From an uncultured Candidatus Poseidoniales archaeon (GTDB lineage: Archaea; Thermoplasmatota; Poseidoniia; Poseidoniales; Poseidoniaceae): a stretch of DNA of 64,000 nucleotides. The notes under the pieces are model-generated. The model did no database searches and was not told where the DNA came from. It saw only the letters and a program-made list of their open reading frames with translations. The stretch is taken from positions 11,480 to 75,479 of the forward strand of contig CAYPPO010000004.1 of the NCBI GenBank assembly GCA_964412625.1, written 5' to 3'. This document shows, piece by piece, positions 30,697-38,787 of the stretch (position 1 is the stretch's first letter; each line of letters opens with the position of its first letter). The translations under genes and the position numbers were made by a program.

Positions 30697-31137
30697 CTGC
30701 GTAATGAAGAGGATGCCCAAATTCACATACTCGAGATGTTGACGCTATTTTGGTTATTCTTTATGTCTGCAACATTCCTGATTCGAATAGATGTCCCTGA
30801 TTCAAGGTCAGTTGCCCACGATGCAAGTTTGGAGTCAGCCGGTGAATCAGTATTTCAATACGGTCTTGGCCTGGATGCAGAGGTATCTGGAGAAAACCGC
30901 TTAAGTGAGTTATTGTCAAACTCAGATTATGACGGTGCATGTACACTTTTACAAGATGTTTTGATGGCTGGTAAAGAAGCAAACTGCTGGTTAGCAAAAA
31001 ATAGTGCAACATCTAGCCCATACGGTTTGGTCGGCACACCTTCAGGTGACACACTTACAGTCCACCAACTGGTAACTGTTGAAGATGATTTGTGGACGAT
31101 TAGTTTGACATTATGGAACATTGGAGGTGGCGCCTAA
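30697..31137 (+). CDS. pilin-like protein (class III signal-peptide-like N-terminus); probable CTG start
   Basis: The track start ATG 30736 gives MLTLFWLFF.... An in-frame CTG at 30697 is preceded by the SD GGGGTGATTTC (30686-30696) and adds RNEEDAQIHILE. This gives an ..EDA|Q.. junction followed by a hydrophobic helix, as in the next gene. Confidence 0.45.
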   Translation: MRNEEDAQIHILEMLTLFWLFFMSATFLIRIDVPDSRSVAHDASLESAGESVFQYGLGLDAEVSGENRLSELLSNSDYDGACTLLQDVLMAGKEANCWLAKNSATSSPYGLVGTPSGDTLTVHQLVTVEDDLWTISLTLWNIGGGA

Positions 31138-31574
31138 TGAATCATAGCACTAGAATTAGTGATGAAACAGCACAGATGTTACTTGCAACTGGTGTGGTTT
31201 TACTACTCTCACTGTTATCCATGGCTGTTTTCAGCGTCAAGGTAGCAGGGTTGACCTCAGCGCATGAGCCCAATGCTGATTCAGTGATTGAGACAACTAA
31301 GGAAGCGATGGACGTGCTGCCATCACTGACTGAAAATCGTACTGAGATATGGATTGCTAATGGAGTAGAGAGAATTGAAGCGGTAGAATTAGCGATGTCT
31401 AGTGTCCATGATGACCTGTTGCATCACGGCGAGATAAGAGGTGTGGAAGTTAAAATGCTGAATATTACAATTATTGAACTAGATTCATCAGTTGTGGAAA
31501 TATCGCTCGAATTGGGGGTAACCGATGATTCTTCAACGCTGGAAAGCTTGGTAACCTACACAATAAATGCCTAA
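31137..31574 (+). CDS. pilin-like protein (class III signal-peptide-like N-terminus)
   Basis: ATG 31137 overlaps the preceding stop (TAATG) and the SD GGAGGTGG lies 6 nt upstream. The N-terminus is MNHSTRISDETAQMLLATGVVLLLSLLSMAVF. Confidence 0.5.
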   Translation: MNHSTRISDETAQMLLATGVVLLLSLLSMAVFSVKVAGLTSAHEPNADSVIETTKEAMDVLPSLTENRTEIWIANGVERIEAVELAMSSVHDDLLHHGEIRGVEVKMLNITIIELDSSVVEISLELGVTDDSSTLESLVTYTINA

Positions 31575-32254
31575 GACTGCTGCTGATTCCAAGCCAAATC
31601 AAGATAATATTCAATTTTTTCTTGATCATTGGTAACCTTAGAAATATCTACAACTGGCCATGAAGCAATTTTAGACCGCTCAATTAAGCCATCTTGTATT
31701 CTTCGAATTCGTTCAAAATTGGCGATATATCTGTCATGTCTTCTAAATGAGTGAGCATCACGAGATTTTAACATTGATTTGTGTTTATCCTCATCGCTTA
31801 CTGCCATGATTACTCCTACTGCTATACCACCCGAGTCAATCCAACTACGTATCAATCGGTCACTGGGAATGATATGAACTCCCTCCAATAGCAAATCGAT
31901 GCCTTCTCGCATGGCTCGATTGATTGTCGCCTCAATACCTTTTTCAACAGCTTGGCAAGTATCTACCCAATCGATTATTGCATCATTTGATTCGCCAACC
32001 GAGAACGATGAGCGATGCAGAGCGGAATCGGATTGTGTTTCATCAGTTGAGCGCAGTATTTCCCTAATCGCATCGGTTGAGATTAGTCTGGCAAAGTTGC
32101 TCTTAGCACCAATTTTCATGGCGACCGTAGATTTTCCAGTACCGGTTGCGCCAGCAATAATCAGCAATCTGGGTGGTCTATTGGCTATGGTCTTGGCAGT
32201 AGTCCCAGCAAGACCAACTGTTTGAGCCATGGCAGATGTATGATGACCTGTCAA
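31571..32254 (-). CDS. P-loop kinase, 2-phosphoglycerate-kinase-like
   Basis: Walker A IIAGATGTGKSTVA, then ISTDAIREILR and LLLEGVHIIP blocks resembling archaeal 2PGK. Tentative. Confidence 0.45.
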   Translation of the reverse strand: MTGHHTSAMAQTVGLAGTTAKTIANRPPRLLIIAGATGTGKSTVAMKIGAKSNFARLISTDAIREILRSTDETQSDSALHRSSFSVGESNDAIIDWVDTCQAVEKGIEATINRAMREGIDLLLEGVHIIPSDRLIRSWIDSGGIAVGVIMAVSDEDKHKSMLKSRDAHSFRRHDRYIANFERIRRIQDGLIERSKIASWPVVDISKVTNDQEKIEYYLDLAWNQQQS

Positions 32255-32347
32255 TTATACTTATCATGATAAAAATGGTAAATTCTTGTTATTGAAGAGT
32301 AAAAAATACGAGCGAACACCTTTCAAGAGAAACTTATTCGGGGTATT

Positions 32348-33784
32348 ATGAGCGCAGAAAAAATGTATATTGCGGGTGACTGGTCAGACGCTGAGAATGG
32401 AGAAGTCAGTCAAGCAATTAACCCAGCAACAGGCGAATCTATTGCCACGGTCCCAAAAGCGACTGTAAACGATGTTAATCGTAGTGTTGAAGCCTCTAGA
32501 GCAGCTTTACAGGATTCGCAATGGAAAAATATGGATCCGGCTCAAAGAGGAAGAATACTGAACAAAATGGCTGCGGTAACATATGGTGCAGCCAAGGAAC
32601 TAGCCAAGATAGAATCTGAGAATAACGGTAAAACCTTCAGAGAAGCACTATCTGAAGTGCGTTACGGTGCTTGGACCTTGGAGTATTTTGCTGGTCTGAC
32701 AGATAAGATAGAAGGTAGTACTATTCCGGTTCCAGGAAATCGCTTGAACTATACATTGCGTCAACCAATTGGCGTGACTGCGCATATAGTTCCCTGGAAC
32801 TTCCCGCTTCAATTGGCACTTCGTTCAATTGCTCCAGCTCTTGCTGCAGGCTGTACGGTAATTGCTAAACCGGCATCTTGGACACCGTTATCGTTAATTG
32901 CATGGATGAGGAAAATCGCTGAAGCTGATGTAGGACTACCAACCGGAGTTTTGCAAGTAATTACCGGCTCAGGTGGATTAATCGGTGACGCTCTTGCTGG
33001 CCATAAAGGGGTGGACGGCATTGTACTAACAGGCGGGGTTCCTACCGGCAAAACAGTGATGGCAAAAGCGAGCGATAATCTTACTCCAGTAACGTTGGAA
33101 TTAGGCGGCAAAGGCGCTAATATTGTGTTCCCTGATGCCGATCTAAAATATGCCGCCAAGGCGATTTGTTTTGGTATTTTTATGAATGCAGGTCAAATGT
33201 GTTGGGCTGGTTCTCGGTTAATTGTTCATGAAGACATTCATGATGAATTGGTTGCCGCAGTGGTGGCAGAAGTCGCAAAATGGAAAGTAGGCCCCGGGAT
33301 GTCAGAAGGTGTTCGAATAGGCAGCCTAGTGCATGAGTCACATCGAAGTGAGGTTTTGGAAAAACTTACTATTGGCCTTAAGCATGGTGGAGAGATTGCC
33401 TGTGGAGGTAACGCTATATCTGGTGAGGGGGCATTCATGGAAGCGACTGTGGTAATTGGCGTTGATAGAGATAATCCGTTGTTTTTTGATGAGTTGTTCG
33501 GCCCAGTACTATCCGTCACCAAATTTACGACAGACGAAGAGGCACTTGCTTTGGCAAATCATTCCGATTTCGGGCTATTAAATGGTATATGGACAAATAA
33601 CCTCAGCCGAGCCCACAACTTGGCGCGCGAGCTTGAGTCTGGCATGGTTTCCATCAACGAATTCCCAATTACTTTCCCACAAACGGCCTTCACTGGCTGG
33701 AAACAATCAGGAATTGGTATTGAGCAAAGCAAGGACGCCCTGAGATTTTACACTAAGGTAAAGAATGTCAATGTCAAACTTTGA
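32348..33784 (+). CDS. NAD(P)-dependent aldehyde dehydrogenase
   Basis: ALDH signatures (VPWNFP; LELGGKG; FMNAGQMCWAGSR with the catalytic Cys; EELFGPV). Confidence 0.9.
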   Translation: MSAEKMYIAGDWSDAENGEVSQAINPATGESIATVPKATVNDVNRSVEASRAALQDSQWKNMDPAQRGRILNKMAAVTYGAAKELAKIESENNGKTFREALSEVRYGAWTLEYFAGLTDKIEGSTIPVPGNRLNYTLRQPIGVTAHIVPWNFPLQLALRSIAPALAAGCTVIAKPASWTPLSLIAWMRKIAEADVGLPTGVLQVITGSGGLIGDALAGHKGVDGIVLTGGVPTGKTVMAKASDNLTPVTLELGGKGANIVFPDADLKYAAKAICFGIFMNAGQMCWAGSRLIVHEDIHDELVAAVVAEVAKWKVGPGMSEGVRIGSLVHESHRSEVLEKLTIGLKHGGEIACGGNAISGEGAFMEATVVIGVDRDNPLFFDELFGPVLSVTKFTTDEEALALANHSDFGLLNGIWTNNLSRAHNLARELESGMVSINEFPITFPQTAFTGWKQSGIGIEQSKDALRFYTKVKNVNVKL

Positions 33785-33793
33785 GGATTTAAT

Positions 33794-34576
33794 ATGGCAG
33801 TAACAGTCAATGATTTAGGTGATGGAATTACTTTGGTGACCATGGCAGGTAAGTCTGCCAATCAATCATTCTCAATGGAATTTTTGCCACAGATAGCAGA
33901 TGGCATACTATCAAGCCTTTCAGATTCATCAGTTAAGGCAATCATCATTACTGGCGAGGGTAAATTTTTCTCTGCAGGAGCAGACATCAATGCTTTTGCT
34001 GATGCCATCAAAAATGGCGATGCTCCAAAATTAATTAGAGATTTGACTGGTATTTTACACCCACTAATTGTGAAAATGAGACAATCACCAACTATTTGCG
34101 TTGCTGCGATAAACGGTGCCTGTGCCGGTGGCGGTTTGGGACTAGCTCTTGCCTGTGATGCTAGGATTGCATCCTCCGGTGCTAAAGTAGCAGCATCATA
34201 TTCGGGAATGGGGTTATCGCCAGATGGGGGCACTACTTGGCTACTACCAAGATTGGTCGGCAATCAGGTTAGTAGAAAGTTCTTTTTTGAAAATAGTATA
34301 TGGGATGCAGATCAATCTTTACAACACGGGGTAATTGATGAACTGGTGGAGGATTCAAAACTTATTGAAAGAGCAACTGAAGTAGCAAAACTTTGGAGTT
34401 CTTGGGGTCCACATACAAAAGAAGCAACAAAGCACTTACTCGATGTACAAACCAATCAAGATTTCGAGACACACTTGAAACATGAGAGAACCTTGATTGA
34501 AGCAGCCGGTACAACTGAGGCTTTCAAGGAGGGTGTTACTGCTTTTCTAGAAAAGCGAAGGCCGAAATTTGACTAA
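33794..34576 (+). CDS. enoyl-CoA hydratase/isomerase family
   Basis: Crotonase blocks (FFSAGADINAF; AAINGACAGGGLGLALACDARIA). Confidence 0.85.
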   Translation: MAVTVNDLGDGITLVTMAGKSANQSFSMEFLPQIADGILSSLSDSSVKAIIITGEGKFFSAGADINAFADAIKNGDAPKLIRDLTGILHPLIVKMRQSPTICVAAINGACAGGGLGLALACDARIASSGAKVAASYSGMGLSPDGGTTWLLPRLVGNQVSRKFFFENSIWDADQSLQHGVIDELVEDSKLIERATEVAKLWSSWGPHTKEATKHLLDVQTNQDFETHLKHERTLIEAAGTTEAFKEGVTAFLEKRRPKFD

Positions 34577-35463
34577 AATTCTGGCATCTCAGTTTCTTCA
34601 GCCTGACCAGTAGACCAATCATAGATACCCATGCCGGTCTTTTTGCCAAGGCGCTTATTGGCGACTAATTTTTCAAGTAACGGATGTGGGGCATATGAAT
34701 CATCACCAAAAGACTCTTGCAGATTTCTCAAAATGTCTCTGCGGACATCTAGCCCAACCAAATCAGTAAGTGCCAGAGGGCCCATTGGATGTTTGTACCC
34801 AAGCACCATGGCCGTATCGATATCCTTCGCACTTGCAACCCCATCAGCAAGCATCCTAATCGCTTCATTACCAAGGACAACACCTAATCTTGAGGTTGCA
34901 AATCCAGGAACGTCATTGACTAATATCGTAGTTTTATTCATCACTAAGCCTGCTTCTTCAGCCACGCTTACTGTCGCTTCACTAGTCTTGTCATGTTTAA
35001 CCAATTCAAGCAATTTCATTATCGGTACAGGATTGAAAAAATGCATTCCAATCAATCTTTCTGGGTGCTTCATAACACTGGCTATTCTACCGATTGAAAG
35101 GCTAGATGTATTGGTTGCTAATATGGTTGTTTCACCGACATATTGCTCAACTTCGAGGAATATTTTTTGTTTTAGTTCTAGAATTTCTGGTACGGCTTCA
35201 ATAATTAAATCACAACCTCTGACCGCGGCTTCGAGATTTGTTTCAGCACGCAGGTTTTTTGACCAGTCTTGCTTTTGCTGGGCAGTAGTCTTGCCCCTTG
35301 CAATACCTTTGTCCCAAAATGCATCAATTCTTTGCATACCTTTTTCCAAACCCTCAGGAAATGCATCGTATAGGATTGTATTCCACTCCGATTGTGCACA
35401 TACTTGGGCAATTCCAGCTCCCATCGTGCCTGCTCCAATTATCGCTACCTGCCTAATGCCCAT
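34573..35463 (-). CDS. 3-hydroxyacyl-CoA (3-hydroxybutyryl-CoA) dehydrogenase
   Basis: Rossmann motif VAIIGAGTMGAGIA, NTSSLSI and HFFNPVP blocks, and a C-terminal dimerisation domain. Confidence 0.9.
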   Translation of the reverse strand: MGIRQVAIIGAGTMGAGIAQVCAQSEWNTILYDAFPEGLEKGMQRIDAFWDKGIARGKTTAQQKQDWSKNLRAETNLEAAVRGCDLIIEAVPEILELKQKIFLEVEQYVGETTILATNTSSLSIGRIASVMKHPERLIGMHFFNPVPIMKLLELVKHDKTSEATVSVAEEAGLVMNKTTILVNDVPGFATSRLGVVLGNEAIRMLADGVASAKDIDTAMVLGYKHPMGPLALTDLVGLDVRRDILRNLQESFGDDSYAPHPLLEKLVANKRLGKKTGMGIYDWSTGQAEETEMPEF

Positions 35464-35464
35464 G

Positions 35465-36409
35465 TTACACTCCAGTCAATGATGCTTCATGATGATTGCT
35501 TGTGATAGAATTTTTTCTCTGCGCAATGATTACTCCACCAGTTATCAGCACGAAAGCGAAAATAAGTGATAAACCAAGTTTTTCCTGGAGTAATAAATAT
35601 CCACCGATTATTCCAAATGGGGGCACTAAGTAGACATATAAAGCACTCATTGAGGCACCAATTTTGACAATACCATCGGCAAACCAGACATATGCTATAA
35701 CCGTAGAGAACAACGCTAGGAAAATAATTCCAATCCAACCATCGCCTGTGGGCAACACAACTCCTCGGGTTGCCACCTCGATTGCGGTAATTGGGGTTAT
35801 CATAATTAAGCCAGCAACAGAAGACCAGACTGTTAACTCAAGAGGGTTGAGTGGCTTTTTAGCGTCGTTTGCTGGTGTTGTCATGGCTCGTTTCATTAGA
35901 ATCGTATTGCATGCCCAAGACAGCGCTGCACCAGCAATCAGAATGTTACCAAGAACTCGGTCCGCTAGGGGGATATCGATATTTGGAGAATAGTAAAATA
36001 ATATTCCCACCCCAGTCATGCCCATCAATAAACCGATCACCAAGTTCAAGTGCATTTTCTCGTTGAGAAATATGACGGCTAAAATTGCGGTGAATAGAGG
36101 ATTAAACGTAATCATTAATGATGCATCACCTGCTGCAGTGTACTGCATTCCAAACATGAAGAAAGCCTGATATACACATGTTGAGAAGAACCCAATTAGA
36201 AATATCCTGGACCATTCTGATCTACTGGGAATCATCCATTGATTTGATACTTTCAAGAATAACAGAAAGCTTACTGTGGCGATTATATATCTAAGCCATG
36301 AGGCCATAAATGGTAAGATATCAGTGGCTACTACTCTGCCGGCGGGCCAGCCGAGGCCCCAGATTACCGCAACTAAGAATAATTTAACATGAACTAAGAA
36401 ATTGTTCAT
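35465..36409 (-). CDS. EamA/DMT-superfamily transporter
   Basis: 314 aa with 10 TM helices in a two-repeat EamA-like organisation. Confidence 0.75.
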   Translation of the reverse strand: MNNFLVHVKLFLVAVIWGLGWPAGRVVATDILPFMASWLRYIIATVSFLLFLKVSNQWMIPSRSEWSRIFLIGFFSTCVYQAFFMFGMQYTAAGDASLMITFNPLFTAILAVIFLNEKMHLNLVIGLLMGMTGVGILFYYSPNIDIPLADRVLGNILIAGAALSWACNTILMKRAMTTPANDAKKPLNPLELTVWSSVAGLIMITPITAIEVATRGVVLPTGDGWIGIIFLALFSTVIAYVWFADGIVKIGASMSALYVYLVPPFGIIGGYLLLQEKLGLSLIFAFVLITGGVIIAQRKNSITSNHHEASLTGV

Positions 36410-36951
36410 TCAAACCGCTCCAAGCCAAGTTGGAGCATCCTTGATCGTGGGAGGCCTATCTCAGGGAGTCCTTTGGCAGGAGCATACATTTTCAATCCTT
36501 CAATTCTCGAGACATACAGTCCGTAACTGGCCATATCATCTAGTTTGTAAGGGGTTTCAAGTCCCATCTCAGTTAAGGCATCACAGGCTTTTTGACTGTA
36601 TATAGGGTATAAATTAGTCGAGAAGTGCATCCACTCGGAGATTCTCTGAGTGTCAATGCCATCGATGGTCAAAAGGTGTTGAAGTAGAGCGACATCAGGA
36701 TACGACACTGTTCGAATTATCATTTCAATCTCGTTAGTAACTTCTTCTGGGAACGCAAAAGGTTGCCTTTGCGACCAGTCTTCTGCGACTTTAATATGCT
36801 CCATTGAGGCTTTGCTTTGGATGGTGAATAACGCCTTTGAGTATTCTTCATCATCAACGCTGTCTTCGACTAAGCCGGGCAGTACTGAGTAGAATGACTC
36901 ACACTTGTCGACATCTACTCCATAAAGGGAAACGGGTATCATTTGATTCAC
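36406..36951 (-). CDS. hypothetical protein translationally coupled between the diiron oxygenase and the EamA transporter
   Basis: 181 aa and acidic; no motif recognised. Its stop overlaps the EamA start by 4 nt, and its start is 5 nt after the oxygenase stop. Confidence 0.5.
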   Translation of the reverse strand: MNQMIPVSLYGVDVDKCESFYSVLPGLVEDSVDDEEYSKALFTIQSKASMEHIKVAEDWSQRQPFAFPEEVTNEIEMIIRTVSYPDVALLQHLLTIDGIDTQRISEWMHFSTNLYPIYSQKACDALTEMGLETPYKLDDMASYGLYVSRIEGLKMYAPAKGLPEIGLPRSRMLQLGLERFE

Positions 36952-36956
36952 CTTAA

Positions 36957-38117
36957 TTATGCAGAGACACCGATACCGGATTCTATTTGTCTTGTTGACA
37001 TAGGTTTGTTAGCAATCCATTCTTGCTTGAACAACTCCTTTAGGTCAATCTCATCTTGGTCGGTTGGTAAATGGGTTGATAAGTATTCTTTCCAATCATC
37101 GTCGCTTCCTTCGAAAGGCGCTCCGTCAACAGTGAATCTTTTTCCTTTAGCAGTACCAATACTTCTGTTGAAATTCTCATGAGGAACATACAATTTTGTG
37201 GCATCGTCGGGTAGATAGCCGCAAAGCTTTCTCACTTCTCCGACGATCTCATCGTGGTAGTGGCCTCTTGATTCTTCATTCAGGGTTGCTTTATCGACTG
37301 CTATTCCAGCATCGAGTTTCTTGCGCTCATCCCAGCGGCCCTTAACTCCCCAAACATAGGCCCAGTGTGCTGATGACGAGGCATCGACGCCAAATAGGTC
37401 GTGTGCGGTGGAAACCCACTTGTTGATGTACCTTTGAAGTAGGTCGAGTGGAACTACTCCGGCCTTTATGATCCTCCTCAGTCCGTTGAATCCGGTACCT
37501 AGGTGGAATGCTTCTTCCTTGAGCATTGGTCCCATAGATGCTGCCAGAGGTTTGAAAGCTGAGGTTGACAGCATTCCGAGTTGGAATTTACCGTCTCTGT
37601 CAACGAACATGGTGTAGCAGAAGAAGTCTAACCAATGTGGCATTGGGATGTTGAATGCCCCGAGTAGTCTATCGCCATCTTGGGCATTTCTCTCGAGCAA
37701 TTTTTGAGCCTCTCTACGTCCCTGCTGACCGAAGTAGGTCATTAGAAGGTAAGCCATTTGCCAGCCATGGCGCTGTTCTTCCGCCATAATTCTCGCTGCG
37801 GAATATCGGTCGAAATCTGTTGGTGCTGATGCTAACAAGTGCCTTTGTTGTTCCACAGATGCAAATTCAGTGTCACCCTGTACCGTAATCATGGTTATCA
37901 GGGCATCACGCATGCTTTGGTGAGGCACTTGCAGGGATCGCTCCCACTTTGGTCTTCCTTGATAGTCACCAAACTCAATAACATCGCCAGCTCTTTCCCA
38001 GTCAAATAGTACAGATAGCTCAAAGTCACCTAGCCACGATGGGTCAAAGCCAACTCTTTTTTGCCAATCTTCAAAATTCGAAATCCATTCGTCCCAAGTA
38101 TTCGGTAAATTGTCCAT
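36957..38117 (-). CDS. ferritin-like diiron oxygenase, BoxB/PaaA (acyl-CoA epoxidase) family
   Basis: Ligand pattern E84 ... E114-x-x-H117 (AEEQRHG) ... D175 (VDRDGK) ... E202-x-x-H205 (KEEAFHL). The sequence has a BoxB-like overall character (VQGDTEFASVEQQRH). Confidence 0.65.
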   Translation of the reverse strand: MDNLPNTWDEWISNFEDWQKRVGFDPSWLGDFELSVLFDWERAGDVIEFGDYQGRPKWERSLQVPHQSMRDALITMITVQGDTEFASVEQQRHLLASAPTDFDRYSAARIMAEEQRHGWQMAYLLMTYFGQQGRREAQKLLERNAQDGDRLLGAFNIPMPHWLDFFCYTMFVDRDGKFQLGMLSTSAFKPLAASMGPMLKEEAFHLGTGFNGLRRIIKAGVVPLDLLQRYINKWVSTAHDLFGVDASSSAHWAYVWGVKGRWDERKKLDAGIAVDKATLNEESRGHYHDEIVGEVRKLCGYLPDDATKLYVPHENFNRSIGTAKGKRFTVDGAPFEGSDDDWKEYLSTHLPTDQDEIDLKELFKQEWIANKPMSTRQIESGIGVSA

Positions 38118-38168
38118 GATTTCATCGTGGCGAGGCTCTTCCTTATTGTCTTTGCGAACATGTTCGTA

Positions 38169-38783
38169 TCACGATAAAATTTCATCGTAGTATTTGTCAA
38201 TAACCTTGCTTTCGATTGAGTGTAGCATGACTGATAGGGTTGATTTGGAAATTCCTAATTCACTTGATAATTCAGTTAAGGTAATTTCTCGTGGTGCGCT
38301 CCAATACCCTCTGCGGAACGCCAATTCAAAGACTTCACGTTGTCTTTTTGTCAAAAGTTTCTCGTCGCTTGAACGAGTAGATTTGAGTATCATCTGTAGA
38401 TTTTCTAACTGGATTTCATTCACCAATTGCTTTGCTTGTTCAGATGAGCATTGAATGGTCCAGTCGGCCCATCCATCAATCACATCAAAAGGTGTTCTGG
38501 GAACTACACCAACGGTTCTCAGAGGTCTGATGAAACCACCACCACCGCTGGCGATTGTTACACTCGCTTTATCCTCACCAAGAAAATTAACAGTCTCAAT
38601 ACCGCCCAAGTTATCCAAATCGGCAAGTAACTCGTGTTCTGCAGCAATTTGTGCAGTACCTCTACCTTTTCCTAGTGGCATAGTTTCGATTATCTGCAAG
38701 ACCAAGTTAGGGTGATTTCTGGTCACTTCGCCAGCCCAATGACCGTCAGGTAGACGAACTTCAATTCTTACTATTTGGGACAT
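38169..38783 (-). CDS. HTH_10 (Bat/DmsR-type) transcriptional regulator
   Basis: C-terminal LTKRQREVFELAFRRGYWSAPREITLTELSSELGISKSTLSVMLHSIESKV. Start taken at MSQIVRIEV to avoid overlap with glpX. Confidence 0.75.
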   Translation of the reverse strand: MSQIVRIEVRLPDGHWAGEVTRNHPNLVLQIIETMPLGKGRGTAQIAAEHELLADLDNLGGIETVNFLGEDKASVTIASGGGGFIRPLRTVGVVPRTPFDVIDGWADWTIQCSSEQAKQLVNEIQLENLQMILKSTRSSDEKLLTKRQREVFELAFRRGYWSAPREITLTELSSELGISKSTLSVMLHSIESKVIDKYYDEILS

Positions 38784-38787
38784 GTAA

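Noticed and set aside
34631-35482. 283-aa plus-strand ORF covering almost the whole 3-hydroxyacyl-CoA dehydrogenase gene
   Set aside because: It is antisense to a gene with unmistakable family motifs. Its translation is low-complexity (S/P/A/L-rich) with no motif, which is typical of a shadow ORF. The same reasoning applies to 1038-1586, 10323-10706, 22769-23122, 31899-32225, 32809-33159, 33862-34263, 35664-35993, 59166-59537 and the other nested track ORFs.
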